Positions 41,420 through 54,275 of a DNA stretch of 64,000 nt are shown here, in pieces; the first letter of the stretch is position 1, and each line of letters opens with the position of its first letter. Under the pieces are notes generated by a model. That model ran no database searches. It saw nothing but the letters and a program-made list of their open reading frames with translations, and had not been told where the DNA came from. Both the position numbers and the translations under genes were made by a program. The DNA comes from Octopus vulgaris (taxonomy: Eukaryota), in contig OX597825.1 of the NCBI GenBank assembly GCA_951406725.2, forward strand, positions 55,304,001 through 55,368,000, read 5' to 3'.

Positions 41420-41701
41420 AAGTGATTCTCAAAGTGGGCAGTACTGCCCCCTTGGGGATGGTGGAAAGATCCAGGGGACGTTGAAGAAAAGTTGAATGAT
41501 AATGGGACGGCCAAAATGGGGTGATGGATGTGAAAAACAATATATTAATGGTTTAAGTTTAAGTTTCCTTTGTGAAATACAGTTGTTTTGAATTTGTTGC
41601 AGAAAGTAGTCTATATTTGTGGTGAGAGGGTGAGGGGGCCCTAGGAATGTGGCCTGAGTACCAAGGGGTGGGTGCAGCCTGAAGGAGTTTGGGAACCACT
41701 G
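41420..41701. mobile_element. hAT (Charlie-like) MITE
   Basis: TIRs AAGTGATTCTCAAAGT / AGTTTGGGAACCACTG; TSD gtctagag (41412-19) / gtctagac (41702-09). Confidence 0.88.
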
Positions 41702-42322
41702 GTCTAGACTTATCGATGGCATGTCAATATCCCAAGAGGGAATGTCTCAATAAAAGCCTCTGAATACACTTTCTAATATGGTCGGTGTTACAAATGACAC
41801 CAAGTCAAAGACAAATTGCCAAACACAGAACTTAGGAGTAAGAACTAACTTGGACCTTGGTCACTGGATCAAACGATTGCTAACATGGACAACAGACAGT
41901 AAAGTGACAGTGGGGATGATGAAGGCATATATGCACAACCACACATATACATATATATATATATAAACATATTTATCTCTTTGGAGATATTGGCAATTCA
42001 TTCTCATTTTCTCTCAGAAATACGGGTAGTAATGTAGTGCCTCTATAATATGAACCTGTTCTACCCCAATCTCTTCTCCTATCTAATATAAGGGTACTAT
42101 ATGGCTACTTGGGGCTTGTAGATTTTGCGAGCTGCAGTGCAACCTAAATAATGCCAGTGGCACAACAAAGGCATCCAGTACACATTGGAAAGTGTGTTGG
42201 TATTACGAAGAGCATCCAGATGTAGAAATCATGTCAAAGCAGATACTGGACCCAGCAGATTCTTGTTGAAGTCAAAGCATTCAACCTATGCCCGCATAGA
42301 AGATGGACATTAAATGATGATC

Positions 42323-42369
<47 letters not shown>

Positions 42370-42736
42370 TATACATACACATGTACATGTATATGTGTGT
42401 ATATGTACAAATATATATGTATATATATGTGTATATATATGTATATATGTATATATATATATATGTTTGTGTGTATGTATGCATGTATGATGCATGGCTG
42501 GATGCATATATATATATATATATATACATATATATATGATTGTACAGAGAGAGGGAGAGGGGGGTAAGGGAGATTAACGCATATACACATCTATTCATAT
42601 GTATGCCAGCATACATATATGTCAGATCAAGGGTTTTTTTTTTATCATTTCATCTATTTCTTTTAAGGCTTTCTCTGAGAAACTCATAATTTTTTCAAAG
42701 AGATGATGAGATTATTCTTTATACATCACACACAGA

Positions 42737-42782
<46 letters not shown>

Positions 42783-43428
42783 GGCTGTTGTTGTTGATGT
42801 TAATTTTGTATTATCATTTTCATCATAAATATTAATATTTTTATTTTTAAATAAAATTATTAATATTGTAACAATTACTGTTGTTGTGGTTGTTATTATT
42901 ATTATTATTATTTATCATTGTTATTGTTATAGTTGTTATTTTCCCTCTTGCTCTCTATGTCATTAACAAGTTTCAATTTACAGCAAAACAATTTTTATTT
43001 CTGTTTCCTTAACTACCCCACGCATTATTTTATTTATTAATTTTTTTTTTGTCACTTCACAATTTTAAATTCTATTAAATATCATTTTACAATTTCTTGT
43101 TTTCAACATTTATTTTTTTTTACTTTTAGATATTTCTCTATTCTTAAAAATTATTTTTAAAATGAACACAGTCAGACACTCTTGCACACACACACACACA
43201 CAAACGTTATAAATATATATATATATATATATATGTATATTCTGTTATTTTTTTTACTTATTTCAGTCATTTGACTGTGGCCATGTTGCAGAATTGCCTT
43301 TATAATTTTATATATATACACACACATATATAAGATGCATGTGTGTGTATATATGTACTGTATATATATGTATCTATACACACAGACACACACACACACA
43401 CATGTATATGTGTGTGTATAAATATATA

Positions 43429-43870
43429 CAGGGTGTAATGGGTAAATTGTTGCCATTTTATATCTTTAATTTCATGCATGTGCATTGTTTGCTTTTTTTG
43501 TTGACTACACAGTATAGTAGAGTCAGTTGGGCACTGTCTGCAAAGAAAACAGCACCATGATGTAATTCACTCTACCAGAAATTTGGAAACAACATGCTGT
43601 ACTACTTGGCATTTGCACTAGAAGCTCCAATACAAACATTTCAGAGCGTTTGGTGTCAATCTGAGTCCCCAAAGCAAGTACCAAGAGTGATAAAAAGCAA
43701 ACATCCAGTCAACATCATGGTATTTAGAGTGATCACTAGTGATGGTGACATTATGCCTCCATTCATCTTCCCACCAGCCTCAGACTCAACAGAGAGGCCT
43801 TCATCAAGTGCCTGGAGGAGGTAGTGCTGCCCTGGGTCAAAAGGCTGGCTGCTGATAGACCCTATGTTTT
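43429..43870 (+). mobile_element. maT/DD37D-type mariner-superfamily element, left end plus deleted transposase
   Basis: TA|CAGGGTGTAATGGGTAAATTGT TIR; KHPVNIMVFRVITSDGDIMPPFIFP. Confidence 0.8.
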
Positions 43871-44957
43871 GAATGCTGTTTTGAACGCTCCTTTATTTAG
43901 TAGATGAACCACTATTATGGCATAACCCCAGCTGCAACTAGTTGTGTGCTGTCAAGTTCATAAGCATCAGCAGAGGCAGAGACAAATAACAAATACACAC
44001 ACATACACATGCACACATGTGTGTATATATTATACACACACTCACACACACACACACATATATACACAGATACGCATGTACACAGTTATATGACGGGGTT
44101 CTGCAGAATTCCAAATTCCATGGCCAACACTAAACAGTAGTGAGAAACCTGCCCAAGATGCATTGCAATGGAAACAAGCACTAAGTCACTTTGCTGAAGA
44201 ATATACAGTTTTAACACACAGCCATGCATCTCTCTTTCTCTCTCTCTCACTGTGTATGTGTGTGTACATATATATGTATGTGTGTGCATGTACATACAAA
44301 TATGTGTATTTGTGTGCATGTGCATACAAATAATGAGTATATATATATATTTAAACATGGATATTCAGTCCACATATACACCCACAGTTACATTTATATT
44401 GATATGGACAAACACACACACAATATTTTTGTGTGTGCATATATATATACACACATACATGTACACATACAAGTTCTTTTTTAATACTATCATCAAATTG
44501 TTGTAAGTGTTCATTAAAAATAAATTTACTCTCTGTTTATTAAATTTTCATGAAAATATGAAAATTCTTAAAGATGGTTGGAAGGGAAACAATATGGAAC
44601 AGATTTAAAGGACAATAACTACACAAAAGAATAAACCTAATTCGTTACCATGGTTATGTACTGGTTGTAGGAGTAATGGTAGGGAGAGAGAAAGAGAGAG
44701 AGGCAGAGAGTAAGATAATGAGAGAGAGAAAGTGAGAGAGAGAGAGAATATAAGAGAAGGATAAAGAAAAGAGGGAAAGCGAAGGAGAGGAAAGAGAGAA
44801 GAGTGTGGTTAAACGTGAGAGAAACATGGAAAAGAAAATGTAATTGTTATCACTGAGAATTATAATCTTATAGAATATGTCAGGTATAGGAGAAATGTAT
44901 GTGCAAGAAGATATATATACATGTGTGTGTGTGTGTGTGTGTATTTATATATTCATT

Positions 44958-45044
<87 letters not shown>

Positions 45045-45299
45045 ATATATATATACATCCACATATATATATATATATATATACATACACATATATATAC
45101 ACACATGTATATATACATATATACATACATACACACACACACACATAAAATCACATAACACACACATGTATGTATGCATGTATGCATCTATGTATGTACA
45201 TACATCAATATATACATATCTATCAGCTTGTGTGTGTATATGCATACATTATAAATATCCATGTGTATGCATAGCCATTTATACAGACATCATATATAT

Positions 45300-45490
45300 A
45301 TCATCATCATCCTTTAACGTCCATGTTCCATACTGCATGGATTGGCTGGTTTGACAGGATCCAATGTATCCAATGTCTGTTCCAGGATGTTTTCTGCAGC
45401 TGGATACCCCTCCTAATTCCAACCACTTTACAGCATGGACTGGGTGGTTTTTTCATTCCACCTGTACTATTGAGGTTACCATGAATCCTA
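45300..45490 (-). mobile_element. RTE 3' UTR fragment
   Basis: Same tail family as 35641-36412. Confidence 0.7.
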
Positions 45491-45839
45491 GGGATAAGGT
45501 GGTCAGCAGTTTCATGCTAAGGGATGAGGGGATTACTATGAGAAAGGTGAGAGGTTCAACAGTTTCTTGTGGAGAGGTCTGAAAGAAGGGGACAGGATGA
45601 GAAAATGATCAGGAGGAGCTGCATGAGATAGATACTAAGGATCAGGTGCCAAGGTGTTCTTCACAAAGATTGGTTGAATAGATTTGAGTGTCGGTTAGCA
45701 AGATTGTATGAGGGGACTGATGGCAGAGAAGGGGGAGCAGCAAGAGTAGCGAGATGATATAGCCACGAGGTAGGGGTAGGTATAATGTATGAGGACTGAG
45801 GAGGGTAACTGTAACATAGGTGGAGACTGTAACTGCCAG

Positions 45840-47340
45840 AGGTCCTGGTCCTTAGTCATCTTTTATCTCAGGCTCAGGGTCTTAAGGTCAGTTTTGACCA
45901 CTTCATCCCATGTATTTCAGGGTCTCCCCCTTTCACAAGTTCCAGCTACACTGAGCAATCAGCACTTAGCACAGGTGTCCTCATTCATATGCATCATATG
46001 TCCATACCAGCATAGTCCTTTTTCTTGAAGACAACATCTGATTTCTCTTATACCCAGCTACCTTTTATACTAATTCTTTCATCCACATTCACACTGCACA
46101 TTCAATGGAGCATGCTTGCTTTATTTCTCTCCAGTCTTCTCAAGTTATCTGCATCCAAGGTCCATATTTCATTGCCATAAATTATTGCAGTTCTAACACA
46201 AGCATCTTACAATCTGCTCTTCAATGTTAGTGAAAAAATCTTTGTGGCCAATGGTGGTAAGTAGCTCCCTGAACTACTATACTTTCAGGCTAACCACTCC
46301 TCTTACTAATTACATCTCCTAGGTATCAAAAGCAATCAACTACTTCTAATGAGGCATCTGGGCAATTAAGAGATTCACTTCATGGTGTACTCTTCAGTAC
46401 TACTCCAGTGCATCTATCACATATGAAGTTTACATTTTCAGATAGTCTTCCAGTGATTTCATAACATCTTTTGTGTGTCCATAGCTTACATTGAGTACAG
46501 TATATGAAATTCAAGCCAATCTGTTTTCTATATACTGAGCAAGGTCATTTCTCTAAGGGTATCTGGGTTATGTTTTCTTTCCTACTTACTAAAACCCTCA
46601 ATTTCAGATTTAGCTTCCATGCCTGTAATTTCTTCTCTAATTCTTTTGTAGATTCGGCTATGACAACTAGATCATCTGCATCTTGGAGCCCCATGGGCAG
46701 TTCACCTTAAAATCCTCTGTGATGGCTTGTAGGACTATGATGAATAGGAGAGGACTAAGGACTGAACCTTGATGGATTCCTACTATCATGCTGACTCACC
46801 ACTGAAGTCATTATCAGCTTTCACTTCATTTACTGCATCTTTGTACATAGCACTGAACCACCTATGCAAGCCATTCATTTGAACCTAGTTTCCTCAGAGT
46901 CCACCAAATTACTGAACAGGTTACACTGTGAGATGTTTTCTTAAATTCAACAAAAGCCAAGAACAGCAGTTCATTTTTAGCCAAGTATTTCTCTTGCAAT
47001 TGCCTCAGTAGAAAGACTGCATCTGAGGTACCTTTTCCAGGGACAAAGCCAAACTGCATTTCATCCACATTTATTCAGTCTTTCTCTATGTCTTTCATAA
47101 GTTGGTCCAGAAGTTTGATTACTCTATAGTTGCTATGCTACTCTTTAAGGCAACATCTTTGCCCTTATGGCAGTTTTCATAGCAATACTGCTAAGCAAGT
47201 CATCACCTCTGAATCACTTGATTAACTTATTCAGGTGGTAATCTTGTATCCCACTTCCCTAGATATTGTAAGCATCACTGCTGACTATCCTTCATGGAAA
47301 TGCAGCTTTCCTCTTTTCATATCCTTGATTACTTTATCCA
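45840..47340 (-). mobile_element. RTE LINE RT fossil
   Basis: MDEMQFGFVPGKGTSDAVFLLRQLQEKYLAKNELLFLAFVEFKK; GIHQGSVLSPLLFIIV; ADDLV motif; GRP*NTWDEVVKTDL. Confidence 0.92.
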
Positions 47341-49125
47341 CTAATATTTACATTATCTATCTATGACACATACACACACATACATACAAACACACATATA
47401 TATATGTACATATATAACAGTATATAGATGTGTGTGCTTTTTATATATACACAGACACACATATACATGTGCACACAGACACATATATATAAGCACACAA
47501 CATATACATATATATGTATTTATGCATGTGTATTTGTATGTATACATCTGTGTATGTTTGCATGCATGCATGTGCATATATAAATACATTACAAACACAC
47601 TCACACATTTGCACTCACACACACACACAAAGAGAGGGAGAGAGAGAAGGAGGGAGAGGGTGAGAGAGAGAGACACACACATATATAAAAGTATTTTTCA
47701 AATTGCTATATCTGAAAAAGAGAATATCGGTACAAAGAATAAAATGTAAATATTGTAATTATAGTAGAATATATTCCATTCTGTATGAGAGAAAAAGAAC
47801 AGCAGTAGTATGGAGGAAAAAAGAAATATGATAGCTAAGGAATTTAGATGACATAAATATATCAAGAAAATTGTCCGTTCTGTTTGGTGGGACTGAGTTT
47901 TCTTTGTCGTCTTTTGATTTTTGAAAATTCTGTTTCAATATGAAGGCGGAATTATGAAGAACTCCTGTGAAAATTGGCAGGTAGATAGGATGGATTTTGA
48001 AAGGACTGGAATTATAGACATTGCACAGGAAGATACGGAAGAACACAGCCATTAGCTGTTAGCAAATTAAAAATATTGAGACAATCTTGGACGTCAGGAA
48101 GAAGAAAACAAACTTCTTTGCATTTTAAAAGAAATATTTTTATCATTTCATATCCAATGTTGTTATATTTACCAGGATCAGCCTGTTAATGTTTTGGCAG
48201 AATTGTTTGACAACAGCTCAGTCCTGTCTTTGTTACAGCTAACAATCCAACCATGAGCATCATTTGAAAGACTGTTCCACCCATTGATTTCTTTTTATTG
48301 TTCTTTTACTCACTCACATAACTCCTTCATTATCAATCCACTTGATACTGCTAGTCATCAAAGAATACCAAGGTGCCTGATACTACCCACATTTGCATTC
48401 TTTCTTTTCTTCTTTCAATGGTTTCAGTCGTAGGAATGTAGCCATGCTGGAGCACTGTTTTAACTTATATTCTATTGGTTTTGTCATTGTTTTATGGAAG
48501 AGAAATTGTCTTTGATTGAGTTTGTAGCAGCTGATTCAGGATATTTATATTAAAATTTAAAATCATCATCATTTTGATATATCAATAAAAATACTTTTTT
48601 GTCATTTTACATGCCCAATCTAAAAAAACCCAATTATTTTAGAATTTTATTGAAACAATGAAGTGGAGAAATATTTTTAGATAGAAAGGTAGTAGAAGGT
48701 TGAATCTGGTAGGTAGAAGCAAATTTAGGTTCTTAGCTCAGGGACGACAATATGTTACATATTAATTTATTTGTGCAGTCAGTAGAAGTATTGTGACTTG
48801 ACATAACCACATGTATTAGTTTGTAAATGTGAAATATTTATCTCTAATTTAGGGACAAAGTCAGAAATTTTTAAGGATTAGGTTATTAGTCAATTTCAGT
48901 GATCCCTGCACTTGATTAATATTTTATTTCATTAACTGTTAGGGAAAGACGTAAGGTAAATTTGACCATGTAAAAATTTGAACCCAGAACTTAAAGAACT
49001 TGAAGAAATATAGCAAGGCATTTTGTCTGATGCTCAACTGATTCTGTTGACATTTACAACTGCACAGTATTGCACGGCTGTATAGTAATACTGCTAAGTT
49101 GTTCTGTGGGAACACTCTACAGTAC

Positions 49126-49185
49126 AGTGATATCACAATATTGTACTGTGATATCAATATCATAGTACAATATTATGATATCACT
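49126..49185. repeat. 60-bp nested palindrome/hairpin
   Basis: agtgatatcacaatattgtactgtgata / tatcatagtacaatattatgatatcact arms with 2 differences. Confidence 0.8.
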
Positions 49186-50221
49186 ATGTAATATACTATG
49201 AAGTCAATTATATCTATTCTAGAAACAGAGCTGGTGCTGTCTGTGAAAGGATGAAAGACAAGGTTAAGCTCAATGGTAAGGATGTAAATGAAGAGATTGC
49301 TAAGTAGTGCAACACATTTTGCCTCTTACTGGCAAATCTGGCAATGCAAAGCAACAACAATAATGATCATAATAAACCTTTCAACTATAGGTACAAGGCA
49401 GGAAATTTTGAGGGAAGAGGCTAGTCAAATATATCAACTGCAGTAGTGAATTGATGCTTAGTTTATCAAACTGGAAAGGATGAAAAGCAAAGCTGACTAT
49501 GGCAGCATTTGAACTCAGAACAGAATAATAATAATAATTGTTTCTAATTCAGGCAGAAGGTCAGAAATTTGAGAAGAGGAATCAGTCTCCTCACTGAACC
49601 CTTCTTTTATTTTATAGTTTCTAGTCTCTGGAGAGATGAAAGGTTAATTTGACCTCAGTGGGTTTTGAACACAGAAAGTAAAGAGAATAAATACTGCAAG
49701 ACATTCTGTCTGACACTATAGTGACTCTGTCATTCCATGGTAATGATGATGATGACAGAAAAATACGATGTTGATGATAATAATGATTAGGTTGATGAGA
49801 TAATGAGGACAACATCTGTGATGGTGATGATGATGACAATGACACTGATGATGATAGCAATGGAAAAGACAATGGCAATGACAATGACGATAAGGATATT
49901 GATGATAATAATGAGGACAGCATTGATGATGGTGATGATGCTGATGACAAGGATGATAATAACAATAAATGTGAGCGATGATGATGATGGTAATGACAAG
50001 GATGGTGATGGTGATGACCACGGCAACAACAATGACAATGTACATGATGATAATAATAATTCACTCTTACAAATAAATTCTGCCAGCAAGAGCCAGTACA
50101 AAATGACAGCTGAAGGGAGGGATTGAAGTAAATATTATCATTACTAATAATAATAAAGATAACAATATTATATTTATGCATATCTGTTCTCTTTTTCTGT
50201 GTGTGCATGTATATATATATA

Positions 50222-50255
<34 letters not shown>

Positions 50256-51148
50256 TGATTTCAAACCCTATAACAGTTATTTCCAGCTATTGCTTGTAGC
50301 TGAAATTTACTTCAAACACGTAAGTTGTTTTTTCACTTCTTTCTTAATGTGTTTTTTTTCCCTTTTTCAAAAAGTATTTACTTTATTATATTTTTGCCGG
50401 TTTTATTTCGCATTCTAAGAATGAATTTCTCCTGTGGGCAGAGTGAAGTTTTCTCTCTATGTTTTGTTGTGCATCTGTGCAGCAACAGGTCACGTTATGC
50501 AACTAGTATGTGTGCAAAGGAAATTATATTCTGTGCACATCAAAGTAAAGGAGTAAATGCATGCAACAGTTCTTTTTTTTATTTCCTTTTATTATATTTT
50601 TTTGTTCCGTTTTTTTTTTTCTACTTTGGAATAGGGATATTATCTGCTACCTGGTGGTAACAAATGGACAAATTTACCATTTCTTTTGTTTTCAATATGC
50701 TCTTTCTCCAAAATGTAAAATGTACAACCACCTGACGCCATGCACTATCTACAATGCATGCACACACACACACACACAAACTTACACATGTGTAAATGTA
50801 TACTCATACATACATATTTTTATGTATATATGTGTGTATATATATATATATATATAGTACACACACATATATATGTAACATCCTGCTTTTAGGTTTACTC
50901 AGAGTAATAGAAGTGGTGGTCACAGAGGAGTGACAGACATGATAAAACACCAAAGCTAAATATTCTAGAGTATTTAGCTTCACCTCCGCAGGGTCAATAA
51001 ATTGTTATTTGATGCCCAACTCGCATTCTTTCCAGCAGTCAAAGGGTCATAGGCCAATTCTGCCATTCATCCATTGAGAGAGTGATAAACTGTAATAAAC
51101 TGAGTTTATTTCATTTAAATTCATGCAGTCTAAGGTATATATATATAC

Positions 51149-51183
<35 letters not shown>

Positions 51184-51238
51184 TGTATATGTACAGAGGG
51201 CAATGGGTAGATATAGACATATATGTATATTTATATAT

Positions 51239-51573
51239 AGAGTCTGATGGGTAAGGTGTTGCTATTTTATATCTTTAATTTCGGGCATGTGCATTGTTTG
51301 TTTTCAATTTTGCGAACTACACAGTATGGTAGCGTCAGTTGGACACTGTGAGAAAACAGCACCATTGTGCAATTCACTCTGCCAGAAATTTGGAAACAAC
51401 ATGCTGTACTGCTTGGGATTTACACTGGAAACTCCAAAACAATCATTTCAGAATGTTTGGGTGTCAATCTGAGGACATGTACTAAGAGTGATAAAAATCA
51501 TCTGTTAAAATGAGATGTCAGTGTTGTATTCATATTTGTGTAATTTAGACGACAGTTTATTCACCGCACCCTG
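51239..51573 (+). mobile_element. Internally deleted maT-type element (both ends present)
   Basis: Left part matches 43429-43665; right end TTATTCACCGCACCCTG|TA matches 55500-55519. Confidence 0.8.
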
Positions 51574-51669
51574 TATATATCAATCTAGCTGTGTGTGTAC
51601 AATGTACTGTTCCATGACGGTAAGACCAGCAAAAAAAAGACTCCATCTGGTGAGAGGTAAATTATATAT

Positions 51670-51863
51670 AATAGACATAATACTAATAGTTTCATATGTT
51701 GAGAAATGCCTCAAACATATTCATCGGGCACAAACCACATACCATAATGTACTAGTTCAATTTTTTTGTTTGTTATGATATGTGTTTTGTACCTGATGAA
51801 TTATTTCTTGACATATGAAACTATTAGTAGCAGTAGCACATAAAAACATGTACTGTGTCTATT
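51670..51863. mobile_element. Foldback element with two opposed hammerhead-like motifs
   Basis: 51670-51747 is an inverted copy of 51773-51863; + motif CTGATGA 51793-99..GAAAC-TATTA-GTA 51817-29; - motif CCGATGA 51727-21 with stem II atatgtt/aacatat. Confidence 0.75.
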
Positions 51864-52220
51864 GAATATATATATATTTGTAAAATCTATTTGCAAACTA
51901 AACGCGGTGGTCCCATAGAGGATAATGTTATTGTTGCTCTTAGCCCCAGGAAGATATCTCCTCCAGCCGGCTAATGACACATTGTCTGTGTCCAATTAGT
52001 ATTTATGAGAGGAGGTCATATAATACATATACATATATATTTATATATATAATATACATATGTACACACATACATATATGTTAATATATTTATACATAAT
52101 ATATATATGTACGCACATACATGTGTATACATATATATACATATAATAATATAAATAATATATATATACACACATGCATCTATGGGTACAGGATGTCTCC
52201 AACATGAAATACAAAACCAA

Positions 52221-52383
52221 ATGAGTTCAATACACAAACAATGAAAGAAACAAATGGAAAACAAATTGAATGACAATGCTCAAAATGAGAAGATGGACAG
52301 CCGACAAGTGATGAAGGGTTGTTCTTTATGTTACTTGTCCTGTTTTCCATTTGTTTCTCTCATTGTTTGTGTATTGAACTCAT
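52221..52383. repeat. Foldback with 43-bp arms next to (TA)n
   Basis: 52221-52263 is the reverse complement of 52341-52383 with 1 mismatch. Confidence 0.88.
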
Positions 52384-52466
52384 ATATATATATGCATATG
52401 TATGTGTGTTTATATATATATATATATATATACATATGCATATGTATGTATATATATATATATATA

Positions 52467-52508
<42 letters not shown>

Positions 52509-52697
52509 TATGTATGTATATATATATATAAGAGAGTAACCACTATGTGGTCGACTCTAGCACTAAAAATAGATCTGCTAGGTTTCAATCATATCAAAGG
52601 GAAATGGAATTTAATTAAATTTAAAATATTCAATCAAAATTTACATTTCCAGTGGTCTAACGTGCAACAAAATTAGTTAAGAAGACTATGTATTAGT

Positions 52698-53317
52698 TAT
52701 ACGATATAGTGCATATTTATACACATAAGGAATCCACTTAGGGTGAGATTCAACACATTATAGAAACACAAAAATAACGGATAAAATTCGACAGGAATAA
52801 ATTTGGAAATGAAAAACATTTACCATCTCGTACCCCTGACCAAATTGGTTTCTGATCTTCTTTTAGCAAGTCGGGGGAACTCGCAAGGTCCGATCTTTTC
52901 AGCGAGGTCCAACCTGGGGTTAAAACATATAAGACAGAAGACAAGCATTGCTACCTGTCCGTTTATGAATCTAACTTTTCAAATTTTTCTGCGTAATCGC
53001 AGAACTGCAGGACTGCGATTACGCAGAAAAATTTGAAAAGTTAGATTGTATAAACAGGAGACAGGTAGCAGTGCTTGTCTTCTGTCTTATATGTTTTAAC
53101 CCCAGGTTGGACCTCGCCGAAAAGATCAGACCTTGCGAGTTCCCCCGACTTGCTAAAAGAAGATCAGAAACCAATTTGGTCCGGGGTACGAGATGGTAAA
53201 TGTTTTTCATTTCCAAATTTATTCCTGTCGAATTTTATCCGTTATTTTTGTGTTTCTATAATGTGTTGAATCTCACCCTAAGTGGATTCCTTATGTGTAT
53301 AAATATGCACTATATCG

Positions 53318-53321
<4 letters not shown>
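52698..53321. mobile_element. ~620-bp near-perfect inverted repeat (10-nt loop) carrying two hammerhead-like motifs
   Basis: 52698-53002 is the reverse complement of 53013-53321; loop aactgcagga; mirrored ORF pairs in the ORF track; TA tracts at ~52530 and 53321. Confidence 0.95.
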
Positions 53322-53349
<28 letters not shown>

Positions 53350-53497
53350 TATTATTTGTCTGAACGCTACGCATCCATTTCCAATTAAGTTTATCTTTAT
53401 ATATACATATACACACACATATATATATATACATATATACACATATATGTACATATATACACATGTACATATATATATGTATATGTACATATATATA

Positions 53498-53552
<55 letters not shown>

Positions 53553-54061
53553 ACATTATATATATATATAAACTCAAGTAGTTTATATAGAAGACTCCAG
53601 TCTGGATTGTGTTCTCTGCTGAATTTAGAAACATGTCATAGAATGCCAGCTAATACTTGAAACTCACAGCAAAGCAAGAATTAATGGTTTGTTTTAGATG
53701 TTCTGTTAGCAAATTAGACAACCTGTGAACGATCTATCCCTCACCCATAAATATAGTATTTCATAGGTGGTTATAAACATCTTGTTCATGCTTCTAATAT
53801 ACTTAAAAAGAAACAAAAACAATTAGTTGTAACTGCACTTAAGATACTTATAAGAACAAGAATTAAATGTGCAGGTATTAACAGAATGTGAGCCATGTAA
53901 AAAGCTGATAAAGCATATTTTTGGTAAAGAGATCAGTAACTGAAGTCATGATTATACAGAGACTGATTTACATTAATACGTCAATACAAGGTAGGGAGGG
54001 TCATGTTTGGGTGCTTAAAATATAGGACTACTAAGACTTTATCATCACCATCATCTTTTAA

Positions 54062-54275
54062 TCTTTTCTACTCTAAGCACAAGGCCTGAAATTTTGGGGG
54101 AGGGGGCCAGTCGATTAGATCGACCCCTGAACGCAACTGGTACTTAATTTATCGACCCTGAAAGGATGAAAGGCAAAGTCGACCTCAGCGGAATTTGAAC
54201 TCAGAACATAAAGACAGACGAAATACTGTTAAGCATTTCACCCAGCATGTTAACGCTTCTGCCAGCTCGCCACCT
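54062..54275 (-). mobile_element. Well-preserved SINE family A
   Basis: Full head to tail with CpGs retained; further copies ~49377-49522 and 59000-59180. Confidence 0.92.

Noticed and set aside
47759-48052. 97-aa minus-strand ORF in unique sequence
   Set aside because: No recognisable domain or splice context
50874-51136. Solo LTR (TGTAACA start, AATAAA, 28-nt palindrome at 50953-50980)
   Set aside because: No matching CA terminus or TSD found
52750-53269. Duplicated ORF pairs MEMKNIYH.. and MSSVLYVL..
   Set aside because: Mirror products of the inverted repeat; no recognisable protein
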